Source: Vicugna vicugna (lineage: Eukaryota). From it: DNA of 64,000 nt. Within the stretch, counting starts at the first letter, position 1; each line of letters starts with the position of its first letter. The stretch spans positions 869,249 to 933,248 of the forward strand of contig MU058241.1 in the NCBI GenBank assembly GCA_013265495.1. Direction: 5' to 3'. Below are positions 1 through 13,464 of the stretch, one piece after another. The notes below the pieces were generated by a model. It did no database searches. It worked only from the letters and a program-made list of their open reading frames with translations, and was not told where the DNA came from. The translations under genes were made by a program, and so were the position numbers.

Positions 1-40
1 TGAGAATTAGTAAACTGTACTGAAGGTTTCTTCCTGCTAT

Positions 41-222
41 GAAAGCAGCTCCTGTTCACTGACTGCATGAAATCAAGCTTAGAAAAAAACGAAAAAGACA
101 AAATGGAATTTATTTCTACAAACTTCCAGCAATCAATTTGTTTTCCTGACGAAAGCAGCTCCTGTTCACTGACTGCATGGAATTTATTTCTACAAACTTC
201 CAGCAATCAATTTGTTTTCCTG
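41..222. repeat. Imperfect tandem duplication (A-spacer-B / A-B)
   Basis: 41-69 is identical to 151-179, and 103-148 is identical to 177-222. The second unit is 36 bp shorter. Confidence 0.95.
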
Positions 223-3200
223 TTTCAAACCAGAGTTCCTACCTTTCATTTTCACATTCTCTCACTCTGTCGCTCTCCCCCTAATTGGAAGAAAAGCCTG
301 GCAGTCTTCAGGATTCCTGCGCATGGTTAGGGCTGGAATATGTCAAGAGATGATGCCATGGAAAACGGTTTTTTTCCTTTTCCTTTGGACAGTAATACTT
401 AGCATCTCATCGTGGGGAAGGTTAATTACTCTTCTGTCACTCAGTTTAGCTCTTCATATTCCTAAGCCTTCACTGAAGTCTCTTTCACAAACCGTCACAG
501 GGAAGCTAAGGCAGGAAGCGTGACGTTATTCACATCACCCCTCTGCTGAGGCCCGTGACGGCAGTGACAGAGCTGAGAATGAACACGGATACTGGAGCAC
601 TCAGCTGCACAAGGTATGGTTCAAGCATCATTTCTGGAAGATTGCTTGGGAGGGCAATTTTCTGTTGTCATAAAGTTGCAAAGTTTATTTCAAAGCAAAT
701 ACATCCACTCAGCTTTTTCTTCTTTGGCTTCATTATGTATAAATGGAAGGAGAATCAGCTGTGCTAGCTTCCAACTTCCCTATTTATACCCCATTTGTTT
801 GCAAAACTTTTCATGAAAGTTACTCTTCCAGTAAGATCCTCACTTTATCTTTTTTTAAAAACATTTTTATTCTAAATAATTTTAAAATAGAAAAGAAATG
901 TTTCTGAAATTCTCATTGTAGGATACAACTTTCTTGGTAAAGAAGCATTTGATTCACCAAATATTTTTATGCTAAATTGTTAGCCATGAATGGATATTGA
1001 ACTCATCAGTGAAGATGAATGAACAGAGGTCAATCAGCAGAATTGATTCTTAGTTACTGATCTGATTGCAGGATTACATGAATCACACGTGAGTGAGTGT
1101 TCTTGTCTGTTCTAATACCATGAACAGTCCTCTGGGGAGAGCCGTGAGACTGGTTCATTTTTGGACTTTCTTCCCTTCACCTGATGGACAGCCAATCATG
1201 CAGTCTGCTTTTCTCTCGTTCTAACTGGGAAAGTTAGCTCTGGTCTGGTTTCTCCAGTGGAGCGACAGGGCCTGAGAATGGCCTGACTTCTCCTCTGTCC
1301 CAGACAACTTCTCATGGGGAGGGGCGGACACGCCAAGCTGAGACGGGACACTGAGGGTAGACTATCGGAAACGGAAGAGGTGTGGAGAGAAAGACACAAA
1401 GTTTCTATTTTAATTCAAGAACATAACTGCGTTTTGTAAGCTATGGTGGGCATTATCAAATACCAGATTTCAGACGATTTCAAATGAGTCTGAGATACAT
1501 TCACCCATGCTGTTGGCCCCGCCTCACCTGTAAGGTTTCCTCTCCCACTGTGTCCCTAGACGTTTTAGCTTCAAATACCTGTAGTTCAGCAGTTCTTTTA
1601 AAAGCATCACTCCAGCTCCCTTGTCTATAGTTAAACTTTTAAAAAATGCATTTAATAACTATACTTAAAAAGCACGATCCTTAAAAAATATTTCTCTCTT
1701 GCTGTCCAGCATATCTGGTATCCACACACCAAGAACTCTGGAAAGATGTTCTCTGAACATCAGCACAGACTGTGTCCAAGGGTAAATGTGGGCAAGTCAT
1801 TGCAATGTTTCATTTCTCCAGGACTTTAAAATCCACAGAACCGCAAAGTTATTTTCATAATTTACTTAAGTTGATATTTTGCTTGACTTTTTTCAATTGC
1901 ATATTTTTATGTAGGGGAGAGCTCTGCACTTAAACCTTTAAAGTGGCACATCTTTTACTGTGGAACAGGGCCAGACTCCTAGAAACAGAATCATAAGGCA
2001 AACACAAGAATCCCTTTAAGGTGCAGGACACGTGTCGTGTGTTTTCCAGGCTGCGCCTTCCTCGTGACCCTTCTCTCTCGTTTCTTCAAGAGCTGCTGAT
2101 ATAACCTCTCTTCTAAAATAATAATGCTGTTTGCATCAAAGGACAAAACATGCAAACTATAGGCTTCTTTCACACTCTGCTTTTAAAAAGGTCAGATGCA
2201 ATCTGGCCACCAGGATCTGGAAAAACAGCGAACTGAGTAAAAGCATGATGCTTTCAGACGCTCTTGCCTAGGCTGATGTTTGCATCTCAGCTGTGGTCCC
2301 CAAGCCCCACCTGCACTGCTTCATCACCCTTCCAAAAGATGGAAACATGCTGAGGTCATGCTGTTCTGAATCAAAACTATTGAAAATACACACATACCGA
2401 ACTGACCAATGATCCACCAAACGTTCCCTCTTAATGTATCATAAAACCAAAGTCCTACTCAAACAGTGTAGTAGTGTACCCTCTGCCCAAACCCCTACCT
2501 TGTTTTATGTAAAAAGCTAATCACAAAACATCCAGACAATCATTTTTGGTATTGTGCAAACAAAAGCAATCCCTACAAAGAGTTTTTTAAGTAAATCGTG
2601 TAAATGTTCGCAACTAATCAGAATAAATACAACTATTTTCCAATCAGTATATTTTCAATAAAACCCACATTTTATATTTAATTTATTTTATAGTTATATA
2701 TGCACACAACTTGTACATGGAGATATCTCAGAGGATCATATTGAAATGACCTATTTGTGAAGTGACAGATCAGTTACATTAACACGCCATTTTTTGGAGT
2801 CCACTGGTTCTCTCTAAATGTAGAGTTATGCTAACTTGCTATGAAGTTCACTAAGAATTACATTCTAAACTACTTTAAATATTATTGGCATGTGTACATA
2901 TTAAAGCCCAAACAGCCCCCAAAACTGACACATTTCAGTATCACAGAGCAAAGTGGCTATGAACCAGGAGATATTAGAGCATCAAATAGTTTCCAACACC
3001 ACAAAACCTCACGTGTCTGTATCTGGACTTGCTGTCTAATATTTAAACTGGCTAGAAATCCAGTAAGATTTGAATGAACAGCTTCCATCATGTTTTTTTC
3101 TTTTTAATCTACAACCTTTACTGAGTCATCATGGTCACTGAGCACTGTACTCAGTGGAATCTCAAACTGGAAGGGCTTGGAGGCGGACATCTGAACATCT

Positions 3201-3964
3201 TAGGAAAAATCTCACTTCATCAGGAGAGTTCCTAAGGTTTTCTCTTTCAGCCCACCCTTTCTTTCATCTTAGTCTTGTTTAAAAGATTTAAATCTTTTTA
3301 GACTGATGAGGACGGCGGTTCAAGCCAAGAAAGAGTGGGTGGGAATTCAAAGCCTTAAGCTGCAACTAGAGTGCAAATGCTATTCTAACATAATTTGAAC
3401 CTGACTGAACTGCCCGATTTCAACCGTCCTCGAGCAAAAACAGGAAGTCTGAACCTCAGCCAGAGAGAGATTCCCTGAATTCCAAGTGGAAATAGAGTAT
3501 TTCTCCCTTCCTTGAAGTTGTATTGGGCCCAAACGTGTAGCCTAGAAAATAATAATTAAAAGTTATTTTTGGACCAACTGATGAATTAGTTTTGAAGTAC
3601 CTACTATAAAAAAAAAAGAAAGGAAAAATTACTCTCCTGTAAAAGGACACAAAATCAAATTGTCTTTTGGCTCAAAATTTTCTTCACATTTTATTGAAGT
3701 CTCTCTTCTTTCTTGAAATAAAAATTTCTGTTGCTTTGGTTCCAGAAGAAAACACGAGTGTGCTCTCATCTTTGGCGCCACAGCAGACAGTAATGGCCAC
3801 GCTACCAGGATTGCAGCCTCCCAGAATCGGCCTCTTGACTTTTGATTAAGAAATGAACAAAATAACAGATAGAGCCCTGATTTTCCTTCTTGAATACTGG
3901 ACACAATTCTGACCGTTTTACTCAACCTTCATTTTTGGCGCCAACACCTTGAATTTCGAGTATA

Positions 3965-4342
3965 AAGCATACTAGATCGGCTATAATCCAAAAAGAAAAA
4001 CCGTAACGAGCACTGATGGGAATGCAGAGAAATCAGAGCCCCCATACGTGGCTGGTGGGAGGGAAAAATTGTGCAGCCACTTTGGACAATAGTGGCTGTA
4101 CAATTTTTCTCTCCCACCAGCAATAGTTTGGCAGTTTCTCTGTAAGTTAAATCCAAACGTATCATGTCACCCAGCAATTCAACTCCTGAGTATCTACCCA
4201 AGAGAAATGAAAACATGTCTCCACAGACTTGCATACCATTGTTCACAGTGGCATCATTTCTAGCAGCCAAACAAACAGAAACAATCCAAATGCCCATCAC
4301 CTGACAAATAGATAAATAATACATGGTACACCATGCATGGAC
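3965..4342 (+). mobile_element. Old L1M (L1MC/ME-like) ORF2-end/3' fragment, first part
   Basis: Degenerate L1 motifs: gctggtggga..aaattgtgcagccactttgga, acccagcaattcaactcctgagtatctacccaagagaaatgaaaacatgtc, aatccaaatgcccatca. Confidence 0.8.
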
Positions 4343-4519
4343 CACTGCAGCAGGCTGGGTCCCACAGGCGATGGAAATCATATAGTAATAACTTAAAGGG
4401 GTAAAGAATTATAACCTGTGATGAACAGGTAACTAACTATAAGATATATGGTAATGATAGATGGTACACTTGGCCTCAGGGAGAGGGTCTAAGAAAGGAC
4501 AAAGTAGAACAGCGTTTAG

Positions 4520-4949
4520 CAACTTAATAAGAAAAGAACAAACAACCCAATCCAAAAACAAGCAGAAAGACATAAACAAGCCATTCTCCAATGAAGACAT
4601 ACAAATGCCCAATAGGCACATGAAAAAAATGCTCAGTATCACTAATTATCAGAGAATTGCAAATCAAAACTACAATAAAATCACCTCTCACCAGTCAGAA
4701 TGGCCATCACTACAAAGTCCATAAACGATAGTGCTGGAGAGGGTGTGGAGAAAAGGGAGCCCTCCTACACTCTCGGTAGGAATGGAGTTTGGTGCAGCCA
4801 TTATGGAAAACAGTATGGAGACTCCTCAAAAAACCAGACTTACCGTATGACCCAGCAATCCCACTGCTGGGCATATATCCAGAGGGACTCTTAACTCAAA
4901 AAGATACATGCACCCCAACGTTCATAGCAGCACTATTTACAACAGCCAA
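4520..4949 (+). mobile_element. Younger lineage-specific L1 ORF2 C-terminal fragment lacking 3' UTR and poly(A)
   Basis: Track peptides IQMPNRHMKKMLSIT and [45 protein letters not shown] are L1 ORF2 C-terminal motifs. Similarity stops abruptly at acagccaag. Confidence 0.9.
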
Positions 4950-5404
4950 GGGCTGGGCAGACGCAGGGCACACCCGGAACATGGATGAAGGAGCAGGTGA
5001 TCAGCAACCAGCAGGTAGGGCAAGCTGTGCACTGGTGTCCCCAGGGAGGGGCCCCCTGGGGAGCCTGCAGAGGGCTAAGTTGCGTGTGGACCTGGCCTCT
5101 GCATTGAGAGGGCTGGAGAAAGACTATTGCCGGAGCCGGGTGTCAGGGCTGCTGGGTGTGGAGTCCACGGCTGGGGCTGGCTCCCCCGGAAGTGCTCACC
5201 GCACTTCCGATCTCCCCACCCACCTGCCCCGGAAGTTGAGGGGCTTCCTCCTCCTGCAATGTCCTTCCAGCGACCTCTACCGAGAAAACCTTACCAGGTG
5301 CTCATATTCAACGGAGAGATGCTCACAGGGATTCCACAGTTTATGACAGAACATGTATTGACGGGTGCACTGGGAGCTGAGAGGCAATGAACCAATAGCT
5401 AACA
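4950..5404. mobile_element. Probable old ERVL/MaLR-class LTR remnant (other part probably ~4345-4519)
   Basis: GC-rich block interrupting the old L1M. It ends in gggagctgagaggcaatgaaccaatagctaaca, which resembles old LTR termini. Family is uncertain. Confidence 0.4.
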
Positions 5405-5780
5405 ATAACTCCATCAAACAAGAGGAAGCAGTGGAGGGCTGGTACTCCCCACAATACGGATGAAATGCAAAAACATTCAGCTAGGTGAAAGAAGGCTGCC
5501 ACCAAAAAAACATACAGGATGACCCCGTTTACATAAAATGTCCACAACAAGCCAATGCATAGAAACAGAGGTGAGTGTTTGCCAGAGGCTGCAGGGATGG
5601 AGATGGGGGAGTGACTGCTAAGGGGTACAGGGTTTCTTTTAGGGATGATGGAAATATTCTAAAATTAGATTATGATGAAGGATGCATAATTCTGTACATA
5701 TTCTAAAAAAATTGAAATGCACACTTTACAGCAGGTGAATTTAATAGTATATAAATACATCTCAATAGCACTATTAAAGA
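5405..5780 (+). mobile_element. Old L1M 3' UTR, continuation of 3965-4342
   Basis: Motifs gatgaaatgcaaaaacattcagctaggtgaaagaag, gtgtttgccagaggctgcagg, ggggtacagggtttcttttagggatgatggaaatattctaaaattagatt, tgcacacttta. Confidence 0.8.
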
Positions 5781-8700
5781 AATACAACTATACAATTGAG
5801 AAAAAATCTTTGATGAGACCTAGCCTCATCTGGGTTAACCACGCTGTGTTCTGATTAACCCAAAGGGAGGGCTGGTAGCAACATGAAAAAAAATTTTAAT
5901 TAGTGTCTGGAATCCTTTGTGAGTTACTCCTGGATAATTAAAATGATTTTAAGAATCATTGTTCACATGCTTGCAATGTGGCTAAATTCCAATTGTAATC
6001 CTGCTCAATCTTTTTTTTTCCTCTGCTGTTACCTCTTTTTAATAAATACATAGTTACATTACACAAAATTTTAGACTCCTCATATTGATTTGCATTAAAT
6101 TATCTTCATTTTGTGTGAATTCTTCCCTATAAGCTAATAATACACACTACAGATAGGAGAGCCCTGACCTTCTCACTTGCTTTTAGAGTGTCCACGAGGT
6201 AGGAGGGCTTGGCAAACAGAGAGATGAGAGTGACGAGAACGAGGTCTTGCCTCTAATCCACCCTTCACCACTTGGTTGCGAATTTAGTCTCTGCATTGTG
6301 TCCGGCTGACAGAAAACATGCTTTGTGTTTACTGACAGCTAGAAGGGGTCACTTCTGGGAAGAGGGGGGTTAGCTGTAACTAATAAAAACTAACGTACAG
6401 AAGAGGCTGCCTGATCCAATGCCACATTTCAACAAATCCAAGTCTAAGGGGACTCACATGTCCCGGCGTGAGCAGTCTACATTCTGCAACAGTGTGGATG
6501 GACACCCAGGGGAAAAGGACAGGGACAGACAGACTGTAAATCACACCTGTTATATATTATCCAGTTTCCATATTTAATTCCTGGCATCAAACCTCTGTCT
6601 TGCCACACAGAATTGATGGAGGTCTGCTGCTAATTCCCATAACGGATTTCTTCATTTTGCAGAAGTAGCTTACTAGAGTGACCTATAACCATCTGAAGTC
6701 ATTCTCTTTGGTTTTCTAATCACTGCAGAGACATCGGCTGCTGATTTACTCAATAAACAGCAGATCAGGAAGGGAGGTGAGACCGCACACAGCTCCAAAA
6801 GCCATTCACCAACTATGAGTCAAGCAGAGAGGAGGGTAACTAGTGCGCACTCCACGCGTGAGGCTGTCTCCCATGGAGCGCACATGTGGGGGGCGAGTGC
6901 TGCTGAGGGACCAGCTCTGTCCTCGGTCAGAGCCACACCACGTCCAGAGCTCATCTACGTCTTCCGGGCCACAGTTGGGCCACTTTATTTCCTCTCTCTC
7001 TCTGTCTCTGGAGCCAACAAAAGTTCTTATTCATGGAATTCTGCCAGAAAAAGAAAAATGATGAAGAAATTTGAATCTACATCTCTTCACTCATCAGTGG
7101 GGGAAGAACAGGAAGGTTCTTCTCCTTCTTTTAGGCAATCAGATGAGTGATACTGGAAAGTGAGCATGGACTCCTTGTCTCGAGTGCCCAGAGGTCGGCA
7201 CAGAGTAAGAAAAACTGAGATTTGAGAAAGACACATAAAAAACAAACAAAACAAACAAACAAAAAAACCTAGCCGTCTACAAAGAAGATGATGTGAGAAC
7301 ACACCTGGCAACTCAGGAATTCTGGGTGTGACTGTGCTGACTTGAGCAGAAGGGAAGGACCACCAGGACCCTGCTCGGCTTTGTCACAGCAGAGGGCTGC
7401 TCATTATAAATTACGGAAACACCCAGAGTAGACTGAGAAGGAGGAGACCTGTAATTTAGCTGTTATTCTGGCACCAGAAAATCAGTGCTTATGAAGGTCG
7501 AGAGCGTTCACTTCCCTCCTTTCCGGGTCTAGCCAAAGGGACTCGGCACCGTTCTCTCAGGACTTCCCGGCCATCCCCTCAATGCTTCGTGCGGCTGCAG
7601 AACTGGGCACTTTGGGGCTGCTGTCCTATCTGCTCCACAGACGTATGTCTTATTTAACAAGGCCCTTCTAAAAATTCCATTTCTTTACCCACTTGCACGT
7701 CTCAGGTGGAAATTGCATGCACTGGCAGGGCGGTAGGAAGATACTTTGAAGTTGGTGGACCTCTTAAAAAGACCAATTTTAAATAGAATCAGAAAAACAC
7801 AAATATGTCATCTCACTTGACCACAGTAACAGCATCAGACTTAACATTTTCAGCCCAGACCCTCTGGGCTTGGTTCTCCTCTTCTGAAATTCTAGGGGAG
7901 CTATTTCGGTTGTGCTTCGGAAAGTTTTGCTTGAGTTACAAGTAGCATGAGAATCTAGCCTTGTTGCTGAAATAGAAACCTCCTCCCTCCCTCTTTTTCT
8001 CGCTTACTTTTTTTACCCCTTCACTCTCCGTTTGAGAAAAGCTGCTTTGGGAAGGAGGATTTGGGACCTTAGACTCTATCTGAGAGACGAACATTTCACA
8101 TGTCATCAGCTATCAAATTAAGAGCGCAAACAAATGACGGTCACTTACAAATGAATAAGACAGCCTACCTCCTCCGTGTTAGAAGAAACCTAGCTTTCCC
8201 CACTGTGACCTTTCTACGCTGTTCCTACTGTGTGCATTTTTGGGTAAGTTTACTCTCCTTCCTAAGAAAGCTCTGGACGACGACACACTGCACGGTGACA
8301 GACTCAGCAAACAAAAATAGTCTTTCTTTGCCTGCGTGTCACCACCTCCCTTGTCAGGCTGCGAGTCCGTGGAAGCTGCTTCAATAGGTTGTGAGTCAGT
8401 GATTTTTAGAAACATGTTTTCTTTTAAAACGTGTTCAGATGCTGTTATAACGCCAACATAAGACTTCTGAAGAGAAAAATACCAGTCACACACTCTCCAC
8501 CCTAACACATGCCTTCTTTTAATTAAAAAAAGTCCTATCTTGTCCGTATAGGTGCAGACAGCATAGAGTACAAACTGAACCTTTTTTTTTTTTAAAGGAA
8601 TTCTTTTTACTTGATGTGGCCTCTTGTAGAACTGGAATTTTATTCAAATAAGACCCACCGAATCCAGTAACACACATTTAATACTCCCTAGAAAGACTCC

Positions 8701-9634
8701 TTACACAGACATCAGGAAAGAATAGAGTTCTGTATTCTGTCTTTTTAAGAAAGAAACAGCTATACGATGGTAGCAAGCAGTCTATGTTAATATCGAAGCC
8801 CCAAGTAATGCTTTAGTGATCACAGTCTATTTCATATTATTTCCTTGTCACACAGAGTGTGTATGGTTTTGAGGACATTTTCTATCATACTGAAAATTCG
8901 GGATGCTTCTCCTGCCTACAGAGAGATTCAAAAGGGCCACTGGCACATTACTGACTTACAAGTGGGTCCCAGATCTTCTACTGGACAAATAATTGGGTCA
9001 GCACCAGTAAGAGTTATGCAGATGTTCCTAGCCTGTGGTGACCTTCAACTTGCCTCTCCTTTCATGGTAGGACACCAAGAGATGGAATTCACGACCTCTG
9101 CCTACACACCTCCTTTGTTACGTGGGTTACGGACAGGTGCTCATTCCTGACCCCGTGTCATCTCTTCCCCACCTCATGTCTTGCTGTAAGTGTTCTGATT
9201 TTCCTCTGGGCAATGAACTCCGTCCCTAACCTTAACCACGTCGTTCAGGAGACTTGAGCCCACTTCTGAATTCTAGGAGCAGAATTTAAATACCTACACA
9301 ATCAGTGGGTCCCGTGATACTAGCCACAATGACTAGAGCCAGAACGGTCAGGTTACCCAACCTGGGACACTGAGAGAAAATGAACGCCAAATGCACCTAC
9401 CGGCGTGAGGCTGGTGCTGGGCTCATGACTCCCCAGCTAACACAGGGTAGACCCGGAGCTCAGCAGCCACAGCTGCAGCCTTTGCTTTAAGCCAGCACTG
9501 GAAGAGGCTCAGCCACAGAGATGTGGCCTTGGTGACTTGGTTTGAGGAGCCCTCTTGATCGGGTGTGGCCTGTTGTGAGATCGACTGCTGGAATTTTTTT
9601 TCCATTAATTTGTCTTTATTGCGCAATTCAGTGA

Positions 9635-9897
9635 CCACTAGTGTCACATGTCTACTGAACACTTGGAACGTGGCTCATCTAATAAAGAGGTACAGTAAGT
9701 GTGAAATTCACCCTGGATTCCAGACTTAGTACAACAAATTCTTTAATACCAACTACACACTGAAATTATAATATTTTAGATATACTGAGGCAAAAAATGT
9801 ACAATTAAAATTACTTTCACCTCTTCCAGAACATGTAAAACTGCATGAGTGGCTTACATGTGTGGCTTTCAGTGTATTTCCACTGGATAACAGTGGG
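9635..9897. mobile_element. MER33/MER3-like hAT-Charlie MITE
   Basis: Motifs cacatgtctactgaacacttggaacgtggct, ataatattttagatatactgag, attaaaattactttcacct, catgtgtggct..tatttccactggataacagtg. Confidence 0.7.
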
Positions 9898-10264
9898 TTA
9901 ACCAATTTTGAATTGTCTTCATGATATGTAACATGAAGATTTTAACCTGCACTACAACTTACTTGCAAAAACTCAACTGGATTACACCAACCTTGACGTT
10001 CATAACTTTGAACACCACTTCTGAGTTAGAGGTGATGTGAATGAATACAAGCACTCTAGTTAGCGAAGTCTGAGGGCACATTAATGCTGCACATGGCTCT
10101 TTATTTTCTTGAGTTCTCTGGCCTAGACGCTTTACTGGCGAGGCCTCAGGAATGAGGCTTTATTGTCTCTCAAAAGTATAACATTTCTTTATTTCTTACT
10201 CCAAAAGTCACTGCAGTGGCCTTAAAGTTAGCTGAAATCCTTTCCCAGCTGGTCCTAAGATCAG

Positions 10265-10776
10265 TACAGTAGCCAGCCTCCAAGACAGCCCCCAATGAGG
10301 CCTACTTCTCGGTTTTTGTGCCCTTGTGTCGTCCCTCTTGTGCTGAATAGGGCTGGCTTGTACACCCAACAGGACACTGAGGAAACGAGGGTATGTGGCT
10401 TTCGAGCCTAGGTCATAAAGTCATTCTATGGCCCCTCTCACATTCTCTTGGATAACTCCCTTGGGAGGAAGCCAGCTGCCCTGCTGGGAGGACACTCAGG
10501 CAGCCCTCTGGAGAGGCCCACATGATGAGGGACTGAGGCCTCAGGCCAACAGCCAGCTGAGTGAGCTACCTAGTGAACAAACGCTCCAGACTCCTAAACC
10601 CTTCTGAGACCACAACCGCGACTGCCAGCTCGACTTCAGTCTCGTGCAAGACCCTGAGCCTGAACCACACAGCTCAGCCACTCCGCAGACACACAGACTA
10701 TGAGATAACATACGTACGTGGGTTGCTTTAAACTCCTAAGTGTCGGATCCTTGTCCCACAGAACGAGATAACTATT
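10265..10776 (+). mobile_element. MLT1F/E-like MaLR solo LTR
   Basis: Starts agccagcctccaagacagcccccaatga, contains ggaagccagctgccctgctgggaggacactcaggcagccct..gagaggcccacatg, ends agataacta. Confidence 0.85.
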
Positions 10777-11904
10777 AGAGCCCATTTTCATCTAATAAGA
10801 CATTTCATAAAATATGTTTATTTAAAAAAAAGACTCTCAGCGTTGTGTCCCTTTCTTAAGGCACCTCTTTCCTTTCTCCCGGTGACTTCTCTGAGACTTC
10901 AGATATCCTATTTACGTGTTTAAAATAGCAGTACTTGGAGTACGCTATCCCTTATTCTCTTCACACTTCAGAGCAGTTTGGGCTCAAAGAAGTAACTGCG
11001 CTTGCTCTGAAGAGCCAGGTACCTCTTTGTAACACTTCATATTACTTGAATCATAGACCAGTCATTTTAGGCTTAGGAGGTCTTTTGGTCGTAAATTACT
11101 CCAGTGTCCTCATCAGATACTGGAAAATCTTTTATCTGGAGATTTCTTTACGTTCTAAGAAAACAGGATTGGGTAATAAGCTTCAGGAGAATTATCTGCA
11201 ATTTCAAAAGTGGGTAATGACCTGGGAAGCTTGTTTATTCCCCCTTTCAAAACCCTTCTGTTTGTCCATTTGTGTAAGCATTTGATTGCACTTGAATACT
11301 TCTGCAAATAACTACCAGACTCACTAATCTTGGGTTTATTATAAAAATGAAATCTTCATAAAGATGAGCTCTGGAGTAGAAACTGTTTATCCTAGAACTG
11401 GAACCCAAATCACAACATAAGGTTTATTTAAGTGAATTGTGTCCATGCACGGCCTGTACCCAACTCTACCACTAGAGTGATCTCTGCAGTGGGCCCACAG
11501 AGGTCACAGGTGTGGGGACAGACAACAGTCACCTGCCCTCAACAGTCAGCCTGAACTCTGCAGGGCTTAAGTTCTTAAGCTGGGCTTAAGTTCTGTTAGT
11601 CAAGGCTGAAATGTATAGAGTCATGAAACAGACAAGCAAATACCTGTTGACCAATTTGGGTTCTTTCAGCTATGAAAACAGAATGAAAACAAATGCACAT
11701 GCAAAGACATAGAAGCAACTTGTTCTGAGCAACCCAAATCACCGCCCAGGGAGCCAAAAGCTTTATACAGACTGATGGCGGCCCCGCCTGCAGCGTATGA
11801 AGCCATTGCCCTGCCACCCACTCCGGGTCACTTCAACCAGAATCTCGGGGGGAACAACCTACTTCGAAGCTCCTCATCCAGCCTTCAGAACTACCAAACG
11901 GTCA

Positions 11905-12086
11905 TCGCCTCTAACTGCGGTTCCCAGATCAGCATCAGCAGCACGTGCATCGCCTGGGTACCAGACAGAAATGTAGATTCTGTGCCTCAGCCCAGACCTA
12001 CAGATGAGACTCTCTGAGGGTGAAGCCAGGGTAAGGCTTGTGTTTTCTGGGCCCATGGTGCACACTCAACATCTAGAACCACTGCT
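11905..12086. mobile_element. MER5A-like hAT MITE
   Basis: Motifs cagcagca..catcgcctggg..agaaatgtagattct..cccagacctac..agactctctgagggtg and terminal agaaccactgc. Confidence 0.75.
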
Positions 12087-13464
12087 AAAGGTAATTTTAT
12101 GACCATTTAATATAAGAGGACATTGAATTTAAGAGGCGGTTCCTCAAAGTTAAACAAATTAGAAGAGGGTGTAGGTGAAACATGAAGCCTGCCTTAACTT
12201 AACCAAAAAGTTTGTGTTCTTTTAACGGCACCGCAAGATGAACCAAGGAGACTTTAAAAACTTTTTAACAAACAATTTCTGCTGGTAAGCATGATATTAT
12301 TTTAATAACCTGATTGATGATTTTTTAGTCATTCTCCTTAAGACCCATGATAAATACACACAACACAAAGTAAGTCTTCAGGATAAATTGCAGTGCTAAG
12401 GAGGCCCTATTTTATCAGAGTGCAGCGCCCTCCCTGTCACAGGTTTGCTTCCCAATTACTCCCGGTAATGCTCTATTTATCTTCATAATTCATGTGCTTA
12501 CCATATATTCTTAGTGATGACTCAAATAAAAATGGATTTACCATTCGTTTTATGTCAAATTTGTATGAAGCTTGCATACTCCAACTGCAACCAAAATGAG
12601 ATGCAAATGATTGTATTAAATTTCAGCAATGAGCCAGGCAGTATTTAAATGCCCATCTGAGGCAGTATTTTGCTAATGGTGTACTAAATAAGATTAAAAT
12701 AGTCTTGGATCTTAAGAGTACACACTGGACTAATTACATTCCTTAGTCCAAAAGAACTATCATTATTGATCCTTCTGTGACCTTCTTTCCTGTTAGTTAT
12801 TTGATTATTCATTTTACTAATGCAAGGAACACGTTGTTTTAACCACACATTATTTAGGTTACAATTAAGATGCAGCAAGAAAGTAAATGAACATAGGAGA
12901 AGGCAGGCAATAAATACTGTAGGCACCAATGAGCTGCACAAACAGAAAGAAAATGAAAGTAAATGCTAACAGAAGGAGCAGTGCTGAAAAATAGAAAAGT
13001 GAAAACACATCCCATAAACCTCAGAAGTGGCAGAAAAAAAAAAAAGAGAAGCTTCGAACAAACTGCAATGTCAAAAGGCATCTTACAGTATGTCTACCTT
13101 CCTCTCTCAAAAGTATCAAAATTTAAATGAAGAAGTTCCCTAAACTTAAAAACAAAAAATGTGCACAGAATTAGCAGATCCACTGAGTTCTTGGCAAAAC
13201 GAATGAAAACACATGCACATTCTCTATGAAGATGTTAAAAATTGAAGTTTAAAGAAAGACAGTGCCTCAAATATCAAGGAAAATAAACAAGTTTATGACA
13301 GTATAAAATAAAGCTGACCTTTCCCTGTAAACTAGCAATAGTAAAACCAAAAGACCAAGAATCAACGTTATCAGGACTGGCAGGGAAGAACTTGCTACGG
13401 TCAACCAAGATGTGTGTGAGTGTAACAGACACGTGCGTTCAGAGAAGACAAGGATTATGTCTGT

